Shown here piece after piece: positions 9,348-19,699 of a DNA stretch of 64,000 nucleotides. Origin of the DNA: Myxococcota bacterium (GTDB taxonomy: Bacteria; Myxococcota_A; SURF-8); the NCBI GenBank assembly GCA_965140415.1, contig OZ223209.1, forward strand, positions 4,736,001 through 4,800,000, given 5' to 3'. A program made the position numbers and the translations under genes. Position 1 is the first letter of the stretch; the number at the start of each line of letters is the position of its first letter. Under the pieces are notes generated by a model. That model was not told the DNA's origin and made no database searches. It was given only the letters and a program-made list of their open reading frames with translations.

Positions 9348-9836
9348 ACGCCTTGCTCCCTATCTTAAAAGGACAACGCAGCCCCTTTGTTCGAGAGAAC
9401 GATCCCCGCTAATTATTCGACTTTTCCGAGTGTAGCAGACCTTGAAAAAAAGTTCAAAAAAACCTTCACTACATTCTTTTCAAGTTGGGTTCCTCATGGC
9501 TACCTCTAAAAATCCATATTCTGCTACGAACGCCACTTTCCGGCCCGGATCGTTTCTCTCAATCCTCGACGTATCTACAGGATATGCCTGCGGATTGCGA
9601 AAAACGCCCGGTCTCGCAAAGGATGCGTTCTCGCGACGGATAGCTAATTTTAGAGGCAGCCTTATTTGATATTAAAGACAATATTTTCCGCAACCCAGGG
9701 CATTCCTATTTTATTTCCCTATGAATCCTGTATGAATTTGCAAAAGAAAAACAAGATCGACACTCGAATTTCCCATGTAATCTCATATCTCTAAGAAAAC
9801 TCAACAAAACGTCACGCAAAATTAACCGTTTTACAG

Positions 9837-9906
9837 TTGACATTATCCTGCGAATGCCTATCATGAGGCTGCATTCAGAAACTGAATTTATATTCAGATC
9901 CTGAAT
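9837..9906 (+). promoter_or_regulatory. Promoter and tandem palindromic operators of the TetR-RND operon
   Basis: TTGACA (9837-9842)-16 nt-TATCAT (9859-9864), followed by ATTCAG-aaa-CTGAAT (9873-9887) and ATTCAG-atc-CTGAAT (9892-9906). Confidence 0.75.
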
Positions 9907-9955
9907 TCGCCTTCATTGAACGCTAAATTTGATGGTTGAAAGAAAGAGCACATTC

Positions 9956-10606
9956 ATGGTGGAAGAAAGCTTAACGAGAAAAGAACAGGAAGAAGAAAAC
10001 CGCAAGCAGTACATCCTGGATACTGCGGAAAAGCTGTTCGCCCGCAAAGGCTATTATGCTACGACCGTCAGTGACATTGCAAAAGAGGCCGAATTCGGCA
10101 TCGGAACGCTTTATAAATACTACAAAGATAAAGAATCCCTCTTTGAAACCCTGCTTAACCAGCGGTTCGATGAATACTTCAACCTGATTGAAGCCGTCTT
10201 GAAGAAAGACGACAACCCAATTCGCATCATCGAGCGAGTTACGGATGTCTATGTAGAGCACATCACGCGCCGTTTCGATTTCTTCATGATCTTCAACTTG
10301 CAGGTACATGGTCATCTTCATAATGGACGTTATGGCAATATCGATCTAAGCCATAGCAAGACGCGCATGTTCGAACTATTCGCCAAGCTCGAATCAGTCT
10401 TTACGCGAGCCGTGGAGCGGGGTTATCTGCGCGACTTCGATACCGACCACTTGACCAGCGGCTATTACGGCATCCTGATGTCCTTCTTTTTCCATTCCAT
10501 GCGCCGCCATGACTTGAACGAGCCGGTGGACCTTGAAAAGAGCAAACGAACCATCAAAGCTATGTTTTTTGAGCAAATGCTGATCAACCAAGAGAACCAA
10601 GATTGA
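9956..10606 (+). CDS. TetR/AcrR family transcriptional regulator
   Basis: ILDTAEKLFARKGYYATTVSDIAKEAEFGIGTLYKYYKDKESL HTH. Start could also be 9929 or 9932. Confidence 0.93.
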   Translation: MVEESLTRKEQEEENRKQYILDTAEKLFARKGYYATTVSDIAKEAEFGIGTLYKYYKDKESLFETLLNQRFDEYFNLIEAVLKKDDNPIRIIERVTDVYVEHITRRFDFFMIFNLQVHGHLHNGRYGNIDLSHSKTRMFELFAKLESVFTRAVERGYLRDFDTDHLTSGYYGILMSFFFHSMRRHDLNEPVDLEKSKRTIKAMFFEQMLINQENQD

Positions 10607-10617
10607 GGAGTACACCG

Positions 10618-11694
10618 ATGACACAACGTAGATTCATTATTATTATCATTGGCTTACTTGCCGGCCTGTGGTTATTCGGCTGCGAGAAGCCGCAGGAGAA
10701 AACCGCCTCCGCCGCCACAATAGAGGCCGGTGCCGCTGCCACTCAGCAGCAGGAAAAACAGGTCAATGTCGAAGTACACAAAGTCACCCCGGAAACGCTG
10801 GTGGAAACTCTTCTCGTCAGCGGGGAGACCATGGCCGACCGTGATGTGACACTGGCTGCCGAAGTCGGTGGTCGTGTGGAACGACTGACGGTGGACCTTG
10901 GAGATCGCGTGAAGAAAGGTCAACTTTTGGCACGCATCGCCTTTGCCATGCTCAACGCCCAGGCCAAGCAGGCTGAAGCGGCACAGGAACTGGCGCAGAA
11001 AACCTACGAACGCTTGCAGACGCTGCGCAACGAGGAGCTCATCAGCCAGCAACAAATCGATGAAGCCGCCTCCAACAAAACGCAGGCCGAAGCCGCCTAT
11101 CGCATCGCCCAGACCCGGCTTAGTCAGAGTTCAGTGCGTGCCAGTATCGATGGCATTGTTGCGCGTAAGTTCGTCGAGGAAGGCGAATACGTCGGTCCCG
11201 GCTCACCGGTATTCCAAATCGTCGACTACCGAACGATTATCGTAAAAGCACAGTTGCCTGAAAAGCAGATCGCCCAGGTTTCCCGCGATTCGAAAGTTCG
11301 CATCCGCATCGACGCGCTCAAGAAAGAATACGACGCTAAAATGTACGTAGTATTGCCCGCCGCCGATCCGGTCAGCCGAACATTCCAGGCTCGCGTCAAA
11401 GTCGCCAACCCGGATTATGAAATCCGTGTGGGTATGGCCGCCACCATGATGATCGACATCGGCGAACACAAAGATGTGATCGTCGCCCCACAGGAAGTCG
11501 TCATCGAGGAAGAAAGCTCGCGTAGTGTGTTCGTAGCAGAAAACGGCAAAGCCCACAAGCGCCCAGTACACCTGGGAGCCGTCAAAGGCAACCGCGTGGT
11601 GATTTCCGACGGCATCAAAAGCGGCGAACAATTGATCGTGGTCGGCCAGCGAGACCTGGTCGACGGTCAACCGATCCGCGTGATCGAAAACTGA
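10618..11694 (+). CDS. RND efflux periplasmic adaptor (membrane fusion) lipoprotein
   Basis: Lipobox WLFG-C, AEVGGRVERL..GDRVKKGQLLA lipoyl motif, VRASIDGIV. GAGGAG SD precedes ATG 10618. Confidence 0.93.
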   Translation: MTQRRFIIIIIGLLAGLWLFGCEKPQEKTASAATIEAGAAATQQQEKQVNVEVHKVTPETLVETLLVSGETMADRDVTLAAEVGGRVERLTVDLGDRVKKGQLLARIAFAMLNAQAKQAEAAQELAQKTYERLQTLRNEELISQQQIDEAASNKTQAEAAYRIAQTRLSQSSVRASIDGIVARKFVEEGEYVGPGSPVFQIVDYRTIIVKAQLPEKQIAQVSRDSKVRIRIDALKKEYDAKMYVVLPAADPVSRTFQARVKVANPDYEIRVGMAATMMIDIGEHKDVIVAPQEVVIEEESSRSVFVAENGKAHKRPVHLGAVKGNRVVISDGIKSGEQLIVVGQRDLVDGQPIRVIEN

Positions 11695-11758
11695 TCCGGC
11701 AGGCACAGCCGCCAATCGTTGTACAGCTTCACTCTCATCGTATGAGCAGGGGACGTTT

Positions 11759-14700
11759 ATGAAACTGACCGAATACGCCTTGAAATTCAAAACCACGGTA
11801 TACGTGTTGATATTATTGATTATTGTTGTTGGTATCAACAGTTACCGGGCGCTACCGGTGGAAAATGCACCGGACATTCAAATTCCAATCATTCTGGTGC
11901 AGACTCTTTATCCCGGCGTCGCACCGCAGGATATGGAGAAACTCGTCACCAACATTCTTGAACGTGAACTCAAAGACCTGAGCGACGTCAAGGAAATGAC
12001 CTCTACCAGTTCCGAATCGGTTTCCATCGTACAGATTGAATTCGAAACCGAGGTCGATCTGGACGAAGCCCGCCAGCGCGTCCGCGACAAGGTCGATATG
12101 GCCAAGCCTGATCTTCCCGCCGATGCCGAAGATCCGGTCCTGATCGAAATCAATATCAGCGATTTTCCCATCATGCTGGTCAACGTTTCGGCGGATTACG
12201 ATCCGATCCGGCTAAAGCAGGTTGCCGAGGATGTAGAAGACCGTATCGAGGAAATTCCCGGTGTACTGGGGGTGGATCTGGTCGGCGGCATCGAACGCGA
12301 AATTCAGATCTACTTGAACCCGGAACGCATGCGCTACTACTCTATCGGTGTCGGCCAGGTCATCGGTCGCATTCAAGAAGAGCACCGGACCACCCCGGCG
12401 GGCAACCTGGATCTGGGTGGCTCGAAATATTCAGTGCGTATCCCCGGAGAATACCGCGATGTCAGCCGGATGGAAGATATCGTCATCAAAGCCCCTCAAG
12501 GTCAGCCGATCAAACTGCGTGATATCGGGCGTGTAATCGACGGCATCAAGGAGCGCGAAACGATCAGCCGCTCCAACGGCACCGAATGCATCACGCTGCG
12601 CATCAAAAAACGCTCCGGCGAAAACGTTGTGCGTATCGCCGATGCAGTCAATGCCCTGGTCAAAGAGCTTGGCCCGACTCTTCCAGAGGGCACCCAGCTC
12701 TCTATTCGTCAGGACCAGAGCAAATACATTCGGGATATGGTAAGCGATCTGGAAAACAGTATCATTTCCGGCCTATTGCTGGTGCTGATCGTTCTCTTTT
12801 TCGCCATGGGTCTACGCAACGCTTCTTTTGTGGCGCTGGCAATCCCACTGTCCATGCTGATCACCTTCGCCGTGCTACGCATCATGGATGTGACATTAAA
12901 CACCGTGGTGCTTTTCGCTCTGATACTGGCACTGGGCATGTTGGTGGATAACTCCATCGTGGTCATCGAGAATATCTTCCGCCATGCCTCCGACGGCACC
13001 CCGCGCCAACAGGCGGCTTTATCCGCCACAATGGAGGTTGCCTGGCCGATTATTGCATCCACATCCACAACCGTTGTCGTTTTCGCTCCCATGCTTTTCT
13101 GGCCCGGAGTCATGGGTGAATTCATGAGTTATCTCCCCTTGACAGTCATTATCGCCTTATTGGCCTCGCTCTTTATCGCCATGGTTGTCAACCCGGTTGT
13201 GGCTGCCAATTTCCTTAATCCCAAAGGAGCCAAGCTCTTCGACGACAGCGGAGAGGCGCGCGGAGGCATTCTGTCACGCTACCAGACGGTACTGAGTTGG
13301 AGCCTGGACCACCCGAAAACACTAGTCGCCATCAGTAACCTGCTGCTGGTCGCCTCGATCGTGCTTTACGGCATATTCGGCGCGGGCATCGAGTTCTTCC
13401 CCGAATCCACACCCGAACGCGCACAGGTGAAGATCACCGCACCACAGGGAACGGCCATCGAACGCACCGATAGCTATCTGAAAAAAGCCGAAGCACTGGC
13501 TCAGGGTATGGATAACTCGAAAGACGTAGTCGCCAGCGCCGGTACGGCAGGTGGTGATTTCTACATCGGTGGCAGCGGAGGCGGTTCCAGCCATTTGGCC
13601 GTGGTGGATCTTGAATTCAAGGATCGCCACGAACGCACTCACTCCACCTGGGACACCATCAAGGATCTCCGTGCTGCAATGACCGATTTCACCGGTGCGG
13701 AATACCGTGTCGAAATCCAGAAAAACGGCCCCCCGACAGGCGAGCCGGTAGGCGTGGAAATTTCCGGCAAGAACTACCAAAAGTTGTCCGAATATGCCCG
13801 CGAGGTGAAGGAAATCGTGCGCCAGATTCCCGGCGTGGTGGATCTCAAAGACGACTACGAAGGCGGCAAGCCGGAAGTGCGCATCGAAGTGGACCGCGAA
13901 CAGGCAATGTTGCGCAAAGTGAATACGACTACCATCAGCAATGCGGTTCGGGCGGCGATCAACGGTATCGAAGCCAGCGTGCTTCGCGAAGGCGATGAAG
14001 AGTACGACATCGTCGTGCGCTACGATGAAGCCTTCCGACAATCCATCAACGACATTCTAAACATCGAAGTCACAGGAAAAGACGATGTTCAGATCCCCCT
14101 GCGCGACGTCGCCAAGGTAACCACTTCCGGCGGTCTGGGATCAATCAAGCACATCGACCAAAAACGCACGGTATTGGTCAGTGGCGATGTCAGCGGGCGC
14201 AGTTCCTCGGAAGTCATGATCGATGTGGAACGCGCCGTAAAAGAACAGCTTTCCCTGCCTGACGGTTATACGGTCGGATTCTCCGGCGAAACGGAGGAGC
14301 AGGATAAAGCGGCGGCCTTCCTTTCCGAAGCATTTTTAATCGGTCTGTTCCTGATCCTGATGATTCTGATCACCCAGTTCAATTCCGTGATGCGCCCAGC
14401 CATCATTTTGGGATCGGTGGTCATGTCGTTAATCGGTGTCTTCTTCGGATTGATCATCACTCAGAACAAGTTCGGCATCATCATGACCGGTATGGGTGTG
14501 ATTTCACTGGCCGGGGTCGTGGTGAATAACGCCATCGTGCTGATCGACTATGTGGACCAGCTCCGTAACAAATGGGGACTGCCGCTGCGCGATGCTCTTA
14601 TGCGGGCAGGCATGGTGCGCTTCCGGCCTGTGTTACTGACCGCCATCACCACCATTTTGGGTATGACCCCCATGGCATTGGGTGTCAGCATCGATTTCAC

Positions 14701-14920
14701 CACTTTCTCACTCGACACCGGTTCCTCCACCGTGGAATGGTGGGGACCGATGGCGCGAGCGATCATCTTCGGTCTGGCCTTTGCGACCATGCTGACCCTG
14801 GTAATGGTTCCGGTGATGTACCTGGTTCAGGTGCAGATGTTCCAATGGGCCAAACGAAAGTATCAAGCGCTGGCCTCGCGATTCGGACTGGCGCAATCGA
14901 ATGAACAGGAAATGGAGTAA
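11759..14920 (+). CDS. RND efflux permease (AcrB/AcrD/AcrF family)
   Basis: 1053 aa, with GMLVDNSIVVIENI, GVVVNNAIVLID and RFRPVLLTAITT motifs. Confidence 0.96.
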   Translation: MKLTEYALKFKTTVYVLILLIIVVGINSYRALPVENAPDIQIPIILVQTLYPGVAPQDMEKLVTNILERELKDLSDVKEMTSTSSESVSIVQIEFETEVDLDEARQRVRDKVDMAKPDLPADAEDPVLIEINISDFPIMLVNVSADYDPIRLKQVAEDVEDRIEEIPGVLGVDLVGGIEREIQIYLNPERMRYYSIGVGQVIGRIQEEHRTTPAGNLDLGGSKYSVRIPGEYRDVSRMEDIVIKAPQGQPIKLRDIGRVIDGIKERETISRSNGTECITLRIKKRSGENVVRIADAVNALVKELGPTLPEGTQLSIRQDQSKYIRDMVSDLENSIISGLLLVLIVLFFAMGLRNASFVALAIPLSMLITFAVLRIMDVTLNTVVLFALILALGMLVDNSIVVIENIFRHASDGTPRQQAALSATMEVAWPIIASTSTTVVVFAPMLFWPGVMGEFMSYLPLTVIIALLASLFIAMVVNPVVAANFLNPKGAKLFDDSGEARGGILSRYQTVLSWSLDHPKTLVAISNLLLVASIVLYGIFGAGIEFFPESTPERAQVKITAPQGTAIERTDSYLKKAEALAQGMDNSKDVVASAGTAGGDFYIGGSGGGSSHLAVVDLEFKDRHERTHSTWDTIKDLRAAMTDFTGAEYRVEIQKNGPPTGEPVGVEISGKNYQKLSEYAREVKEIVRQIPGVVDLKDDYEGGKPEVRIEVDREQAMLRKVNTTTISNAVRAAINGIEASVLREGDEEYDIVVRYDEAFRQSINDILNIEVTGKDDVQIPLRDVAKVTTSGGLGSIKHIDQKRTVLVSGDVSGRSSSEVMIDVERAVKEQLSLPDGYTVGFSGETEEQDKAAAFLSEAFLIGLFLILMILITQFNSVMRPAIILGSVVMSLIGVFFGLIITQNKFGIIMTGMGVISLAGVVVNNAIVLIDYVDQLRNKWGLPLRDALMRAGMVRFRPVLLTAITTILGMTPMALGVSIDFTTFSLDTGSSTVEWWGPMARAIIFGLAFATMLTLVMVPVMYLVQVQMFQWAKRKYQALASRFGLAQSNEQEME

Positions 14921-14923
14921 CCC

Positions 14924-16288
14924 ATGACGTTTTACTATAAATCCATCCGCGCAGTCGTTCTTCTTGCCGTCATGTTGCTTTGCGTTGGCCTGCTGACGCA
15001 GCAAGCCTGGGCAAAAGATCCGCGCATTACCGTGCAGGATGCCCGCGCCCGCGCGCTGGAATACTACCCGGCTATTCAGAACATCGAGGAAACCATCAAA
15101 CAGGCGGATTTACTGGTTGCCAGCGCCTGGACGATGCTACTCCCCAATTTAAGTGCGCACGGAAACTACACCATCAACAGCAGTGCTGGGGAAATCGCGT
15201 TTCCCGATTTCCAAGATCCGGCAGCCATTCAGGTACTGACCACCGGCCAGGGCGATCTGCCGATGATCACCACAACCGTTCAGGAAGAGACCAGCTACCT
15301 GTTCGGCTTCAGTGCCAATATGCCGATTTTCAACGCCCGCTCGATTCCCCTGATCGGCAAGGCCAACAAATATCAGGACTACACCGCCTACGATGGCCGC
15401 CATCAAAAAAATGCCCTGCTCTTTTCTGTCAGCGCTTCCTATTACAACGCCTACTCCGCTCAACGCATGTTGCAGGTTGCACAGGAAAACAGAGATAACG
15501 CCGAACGCTTCCGGGCGCTCTCACAGGCCCGGTTGGATGTCGGCAGTGCAACGCGCATCGATCTGCTTCGGGCAGACATCCAATTGAAGGAAGCTGAAAA
15601 GCAGTTGGCAAATGCCAAGGACTCGCTAAAACTTGCCAAAACAGGCTTGTCCTATCTGATCGGAGTTACAGGCGATTTCGAACTGGTGGAACCGGAAGCC
15701 ATAGCCGGAATCAGTGGAGCCACTTCCGACCTGATCGCGCAGGCGTTGACGGATCGACTCGATCTAAAAGCTTCGAAGCTGTATATGGAAATGGCGAAGG
15801 ACGATCAGGCCGAAACATGGATGAAGTGGGTGCCGATGTTCGACGTTACTTTCAACTGGAACTACAATTCCGCCACCGGCTTCACCAACGAGCACGATAG
15901 CTGGTCGGTGATTTTCGGTGCGAAATGGAATCTATTGGAAGGCGGCAGCAAGATCATCGAAGTGTTCGACCGCAAATCCAAAACCCGCGTAGCGCAAAAC
16001 AACGCCCAGCAGCTAACGTTGTCGATCAAAGAGGAAGTGGAAAAGAATCACCTTCAGTGGCAGCAGCACCGCCGCAATCTGGCGATTGCCGACGAACAGG
16101 TGGAACTGGCAGCCGAAAGCTACCGGCTGGTCAATCGGCAATATGAAACCGGACTGGCTACCAGCCTGGACGTGCTCGACGCCTCCACGCAACTCACCAG
16201 TGCAAAGTTGAACCGCGTAGTCGAACGCCTGCAAACGGATCTCTCCATGCTGGCGCTGAACCAATCGGTAGGCGCGTATTTGCAGTAA
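14924..16288 (+). CDS. TolC-family outer membrane efflux protein
   Basis: Signal peptide and two OEP repeats (ARLDVGSATRIDLLRA; QYETGLATSLDVLDA). Last gene of the RND operon. Confidence 0.92.
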   Translation: MTFYYKSIRAVVLLAVMLLCVGLLTQQAWAKDPRITVQDARARALEYYPAIQNIEETIKQADLLVASAWTMLLPNLSAHGNYTINSSAGEIAFPDFQDPAAIQVLTTGQGDLPMITTTVQEETSYLFGFSANMPIFNARSIPLIGKANKYQDYTAYDGRHQKNALLFSVSASYYNAYSAQRMLQVAQENRDNAERFRALSQARLDVGSATRIDLLRADIQLKEAEKQLANAKDSLKLAKTGLSYLIGVTGDFELVEPEAIAGISGATSDLIAQALTDRLDLKASKLYMEMAKDDQAETWMKWVPMFDVTFNWNYNSATGFTNEHDSWSVIFGAKWNLLEGGSKIIEVFDRKSKTRVAQNNAQQLTLSIKEEVEKNHLQWQQHRRNLAIADEQVELAAESYRLVNRQYETGLATSLDVLDASTQLTSAKLNRVVERLQTDLSMLALNQSVGAYLQ

Positions 16289-16342
16289 AGGGAGATCGGG
16301 TTATGGGGTTGTTGGCAAAGAAATAGTAGCCGGCAATTTTTT

Positions 16343-18040
16343 TTACTCTTCCAGCCAGGCCGCATCCCACTTGCTAAGATCGCGCACTAGATCGCAGTCT
16401 AAAAACTCCTGCCCGTCCGGGTTTTTAAAGGGCGTCCAGCAGGAATCCAGACAAGCCCCCATATCCTCGACGCGAATCCAGTAGGTGCTTTGCTCGTCGA
16501 TGGTTTCTACATTTGGAGGCTGGTAGGAGTATTCCCCATCGGGCACGGAAGCATCCCATAGATCCCAGTAAGGCCAATCTTTATAGCGTTCGATTGCGCG
16601 CAGGTAGTATTTGTACACCAACCGGACTTCCCGCTCGTTCAATGGATAGCCAACGGAAGTTGCCTGCATCAGGCTGGTCGCCAGATCGCGGTCCCATTCA
16701 TCCTGCGTTTTGTCTACACGCGTCTCGGCGTCGGAGTCGATATCCCGCTCGTAGCGATCCACCAGCGCCAACAACGCATTTCGCGCTCCGACCTCGTCTC
16801 GATGCAATAACGCCTGAATGATGTGCGACAGGTGATAGTGCCGGATGATCATCATATTGAAATAATGGATATTTACTGCCGCTATTTCGTAGGTGTTGTT
16901 GCTCACGGGTGGGCATTCCAGGCCCTGACCGTCACCATAGGCGATCAGTGCGGCGGCGCGTTTGGAGTTGCACTCGGCATCGGGAATCACTTCATCCCAG
17001 GTCACATAGCTACCCAGATCGCCACGTTCATCGGAACGCTCGCCGTAGTCATCTTCTCCACCTGGAGTGAACGGTCTCCCGTTTTCATCCTTGGTGCGAA
17101 TCGTATAACCATGATCTACAATATCCTGGCAGAAGCGCTGCAAGTATTCGCTGGTTTCACCGCAGGCAGTGCGAACATCTTCATCGGGAGCCAGTTCGGC
17201 CACGTAACGGATAAAGGCATTGGCGCGATGCAACCGCGACACATCATCTTTGCTGCGCATGTTCGTCACCCACACCGAACCCCAATTTGGGTTGTTCTTG
17301 TATTCGAAGCGTTCACAGTTCCAGCCGAAACCGTCGTGAAACCAGTTGCTGTAATCGATGGCTTTCTTTCTGCCGTCGTGGGTAGTGTAACTGTGGTTGA
17401 AGGTAACGATGTTTCGCGCCATCAGGTGATGGATTTCGTCGTTTTCATCGTAAACCATACCTTCCATGGTGGCGGTAATGCCTTTACAGTATTGTCGGGT
17501 GATCGTCCTCATGCGCTCGTCGCCGCTCATTAAATATCCGGCGATGGCCGAAGACAGCACCTTGGAGGAACGTGTCATCAGGTTGTGGCCACCATCCGCA
17601 CCATCGGGACCATTGGTTTCGTTATTCACGAAGGTCACGAGATCTCCAGACTTTTCGGCATGCGAGCTGGTCCACCACAGCATATAATCGGGCTTGCCGG
17701 TGGTTACATCCACGCCGTGGCTGGTTCTGAGCACCCAATCGAAATAGGAGGTTTTCGCTAATAATCCCAGCAGCTTTTTGGTAAAGGCCGTACGTTCCTC
17801 AGCCGGAATCGGATCACCAGGATTTTCACGGGTAAAAGAGAAATACAGGCTTTGCGGTAAGCCTTGATCCGCTTCCGAATCCGCTTCACCTTGTTCAGTA
17901 TCCAGTTCGCTTAGCTCAGTATCCAATTCCCCGGAGTCCGCATCCCCATCGGGAATGATCGTATCCTCACCGCTGTCACAAGCCGCCAGCAAACCGAATA
18001 TTACAGACAACAATACGAGTTTTCGCAGCAATATCAACAT
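16343..18040 (-). CDS. Hypothetical lipoprotein with acidic DGD linker
   Basis: Lipobox LLAA-C-DSGED, DGDADSGELD linker and a ~500-aa unassigned domain. Confidence 0.75.
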   Translation of the reverse strand: MLILLRKLVLLSVIFGLLAACDSGEDTIIPDGDADSGELDTELSELDTEQGEADSEADQGLPQSLYFSFTRENPGDPIPAEERTAFTKKLLGLLAKTSYFDWVLRTSHGVDVTTGKPDYMLWWTSSHAEKSGDLVTFVNNETNGPDGADGGHNLMTRSSKVLSSAIAGYLMSGDERMRTITRQYCKGITATMEGMVYDENDEIHHLMARNIVTFNHSYTTHDGRKKAIDYSNWFHDGFGWNCERFEYKNNPNWGSVWVTNMRSKDDVSRLHRANAFIRYVAELAPDEDVRTACGETSEYLQRFCQDIVDHGYTIRTKDENGRPFTPGGEDDYGERSDERGDLGSYVTWDEVIPDAECNSKRAAALIAYGDGQGLECPPVSNNTYEIAAVNIHYFNMMIIRHYHLSHIIQALLHRDEVGARNALLALVDRYERDIDSDAETRVDKTQDEWDRDLATSLMQATSVGYPLNEREVRLVYKYYLRAIERYKDWPYWDLWDASVPDGEYSYQPPNVETIDEQSTYWIRVEDMGACLDSCWTPFKNPDGQEFLDCDLVRDLSKWDAAWLEE

Positions 18041-18200
18041 GATCTCCCTTTCTCACAAGACGATTTGTGACCCTTATACCAAAAGCTGTGTCCCTTGTCC
18101 AACACCTCGGTATTTTCCGATATTGGAACCATTTCGGATTAAAACAAACTTTTCGTTTTTTAGGATTAGAAATTGCGTGGCAAATGATTTCCGATACCTG

Positions 18201-19469
18201 CTAGCCCAGACCATTCCTCCCGGCGTCCTCACGTTGCATCGCTTCTTTGCGCTTCTTCTTCAATTGCAACGCGGTCTTTAACCCTTTTTCCCGAATCGTT
18301 TTAACCGCCACCCGTAACGGTGTGGCGACGTAAAAGCGTTTCCCGTATTTGGACAGCAGACGTTCATCCAACTCGATACCCAAACCCGGTTGTTGCGGAA
18401 CATTCAGCGTTCCGTCGGCGTTCAATTCCAGCGGAGGCATGACACCCGCCCAGCTCACCGGTTCGACTCCAGGCGGCTCATAGGGATATTCCAGGTAACC
18501 ACCTCCTCCCCAGGCCGCGAAAGCGTGCAGATTCACCATGCTGCCCAGACCGTTGGTCCAGGTATGCGGGGAATATTCCAGGGAACGCTTGCGGCATTCG
18601 TCCATCACCATGCGCGCCACCGACAAACCACTGAAGGTGGAATCCGGCTGGTATTTATCCAGGCTTTCATGCTCGAACAGCGGTAGAATTTCGTGCCAGG
18701 CTCCATGCAGTTCACCACCTGCCAGAGGTGTTTGGATTTCCTTACGCAGCTTGGCCATTCCTTCCCAATCGTGCATGTCCAGCGGCTCTTCCAGCCAGTT
18801 CAAGCCGAACTCGTCGCAACGTTTACCGAATTCCAGCGCATAGGACAAATCCCAAATCGGCGATGGATCGATCAGCGACACCGGCCAGCCCTGGTTGGCG
18901 TCCACACCCAAATAGAAATCGTCGCCGACTTCCCGGCGAACATCGCGCAGGATCTCCCAGTCGTGCTGCATAGCCGGATCTTTCACCCTCAGTTTCATCG
19001 CGGAGATACCCTTTGAACGGATGTCGTCCAGGTATTTGGCGCGTTTTGCGAAGGGTTGCAGTTCGCCACTGGAAGCGTACACCTTGACCGTCTGCACCGT
19101 TTGCTCTTCCGGTTGCAACAGGTTGTACACCGGTTTGCCTTCTATCTTGCCTAGTAGATCCCAGAAAGCATTTTCCAGCCAACTGTTGCGCCAACCTAAA
19201 TACGATGCTTCCCGGATGCGCTGCCGCACCGCCTGGATATCGTCGGCGCGCATGCCCAGCAGAAACGAACCAAGCAGATCCCCCAAGCCCTGTCGCTCGG
19301 CAGCAAAGGCATTACCAGCTGCCAGTCCCATCAAGCCGTCATCGGTAAACAGCTTGATCAGCGTATATTTGTTGGCCGTTTGCGGGTAACCGGGAATCCA
19401 CGACGGATAAAAGGCCGCCGGAGAAGGTACATTGACATGATACAACTCGATTCGTTCTATTCTACTCAT
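18201..19469 (-). CDS. Mandelate racemase/muconate lactonizing enzyme (enolase superfamily) protein
   Basis: AFWDLLGK..GKPVYNLL, VDANQG, WLEEP, GGE, PHTW and PGLGIELD motifs. Confidence 0.9.
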   Translation of the reverse strand: MSRIERIELYHVNVPSPAAFYPSWIPGYPQTANKYTLIKLFTDDGLMGLAAGNAFAAERQGLGDLLGSFLLGMRADDIQAVRQRIREASYLGWRNSWLENAFWDLLGKIEGKPVYNLLQPEEQTVQTVKVYASSGELQPFAKRAKYLDDIRSKGISAMKLRVKDPAMQHDWEILRDVRREVGDDFYLGVDANQGWPVSLIDPSPIWDLSYALEFGKRCDEFGLNWLEEPLDMHDWEGMAKLRKEIQTPLAGGELHGAWHEILPLFEHESLDKYQPDSTFSGLSVARMVMDECRKRSLEYSPHTWTNGLGSMVNLHAFAAWGGGGYLEYPYEPPGVEPVSWAGVMPPLELNADGTLNVPQQPGLGIELDERLLSKYGKRFYVATPLRVAVKTIREKGLKTALQLKKKRKEAMQREDAGRNGLG

Positions 19470-19639
19470 CGCCTGCCCCCATTTTCCAAACTTCCAGGAT
19501 CAACTGATTGGTCCGCATGAAAAACGGATTTTCATGCATTGGCTTCCAACATCATTGAATGTTGCCGAATGTATCACGGAATTGTGCGCAAAACCACATG
19601 GAAATCGTACGATTCGATAGCCACTCCTTGCCTGGAACG

Positions 19640-19671
19640 AAAAAACGCGGGCGACTGACGTCGCCCGCGTT
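19640..19671 (-). terminator. Intrinsic terminator downstream of rho
   Basis: 12-bp perfect stem AACGCGGGCGAC/GTCGCCCGCGTT with a T-run on the minus strand. Confidence 0.8.
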
Positions 19672-19699
19672 GACAGATCTAAATAGATTGGAAAGGATA

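Noticed and set aside
9442-9669. 75-aa ORF in the HK/TetR divergent intergenic region
   Set aside because: TTG start without a clear SD, no recognisable motif, lies in a probable promoter region.
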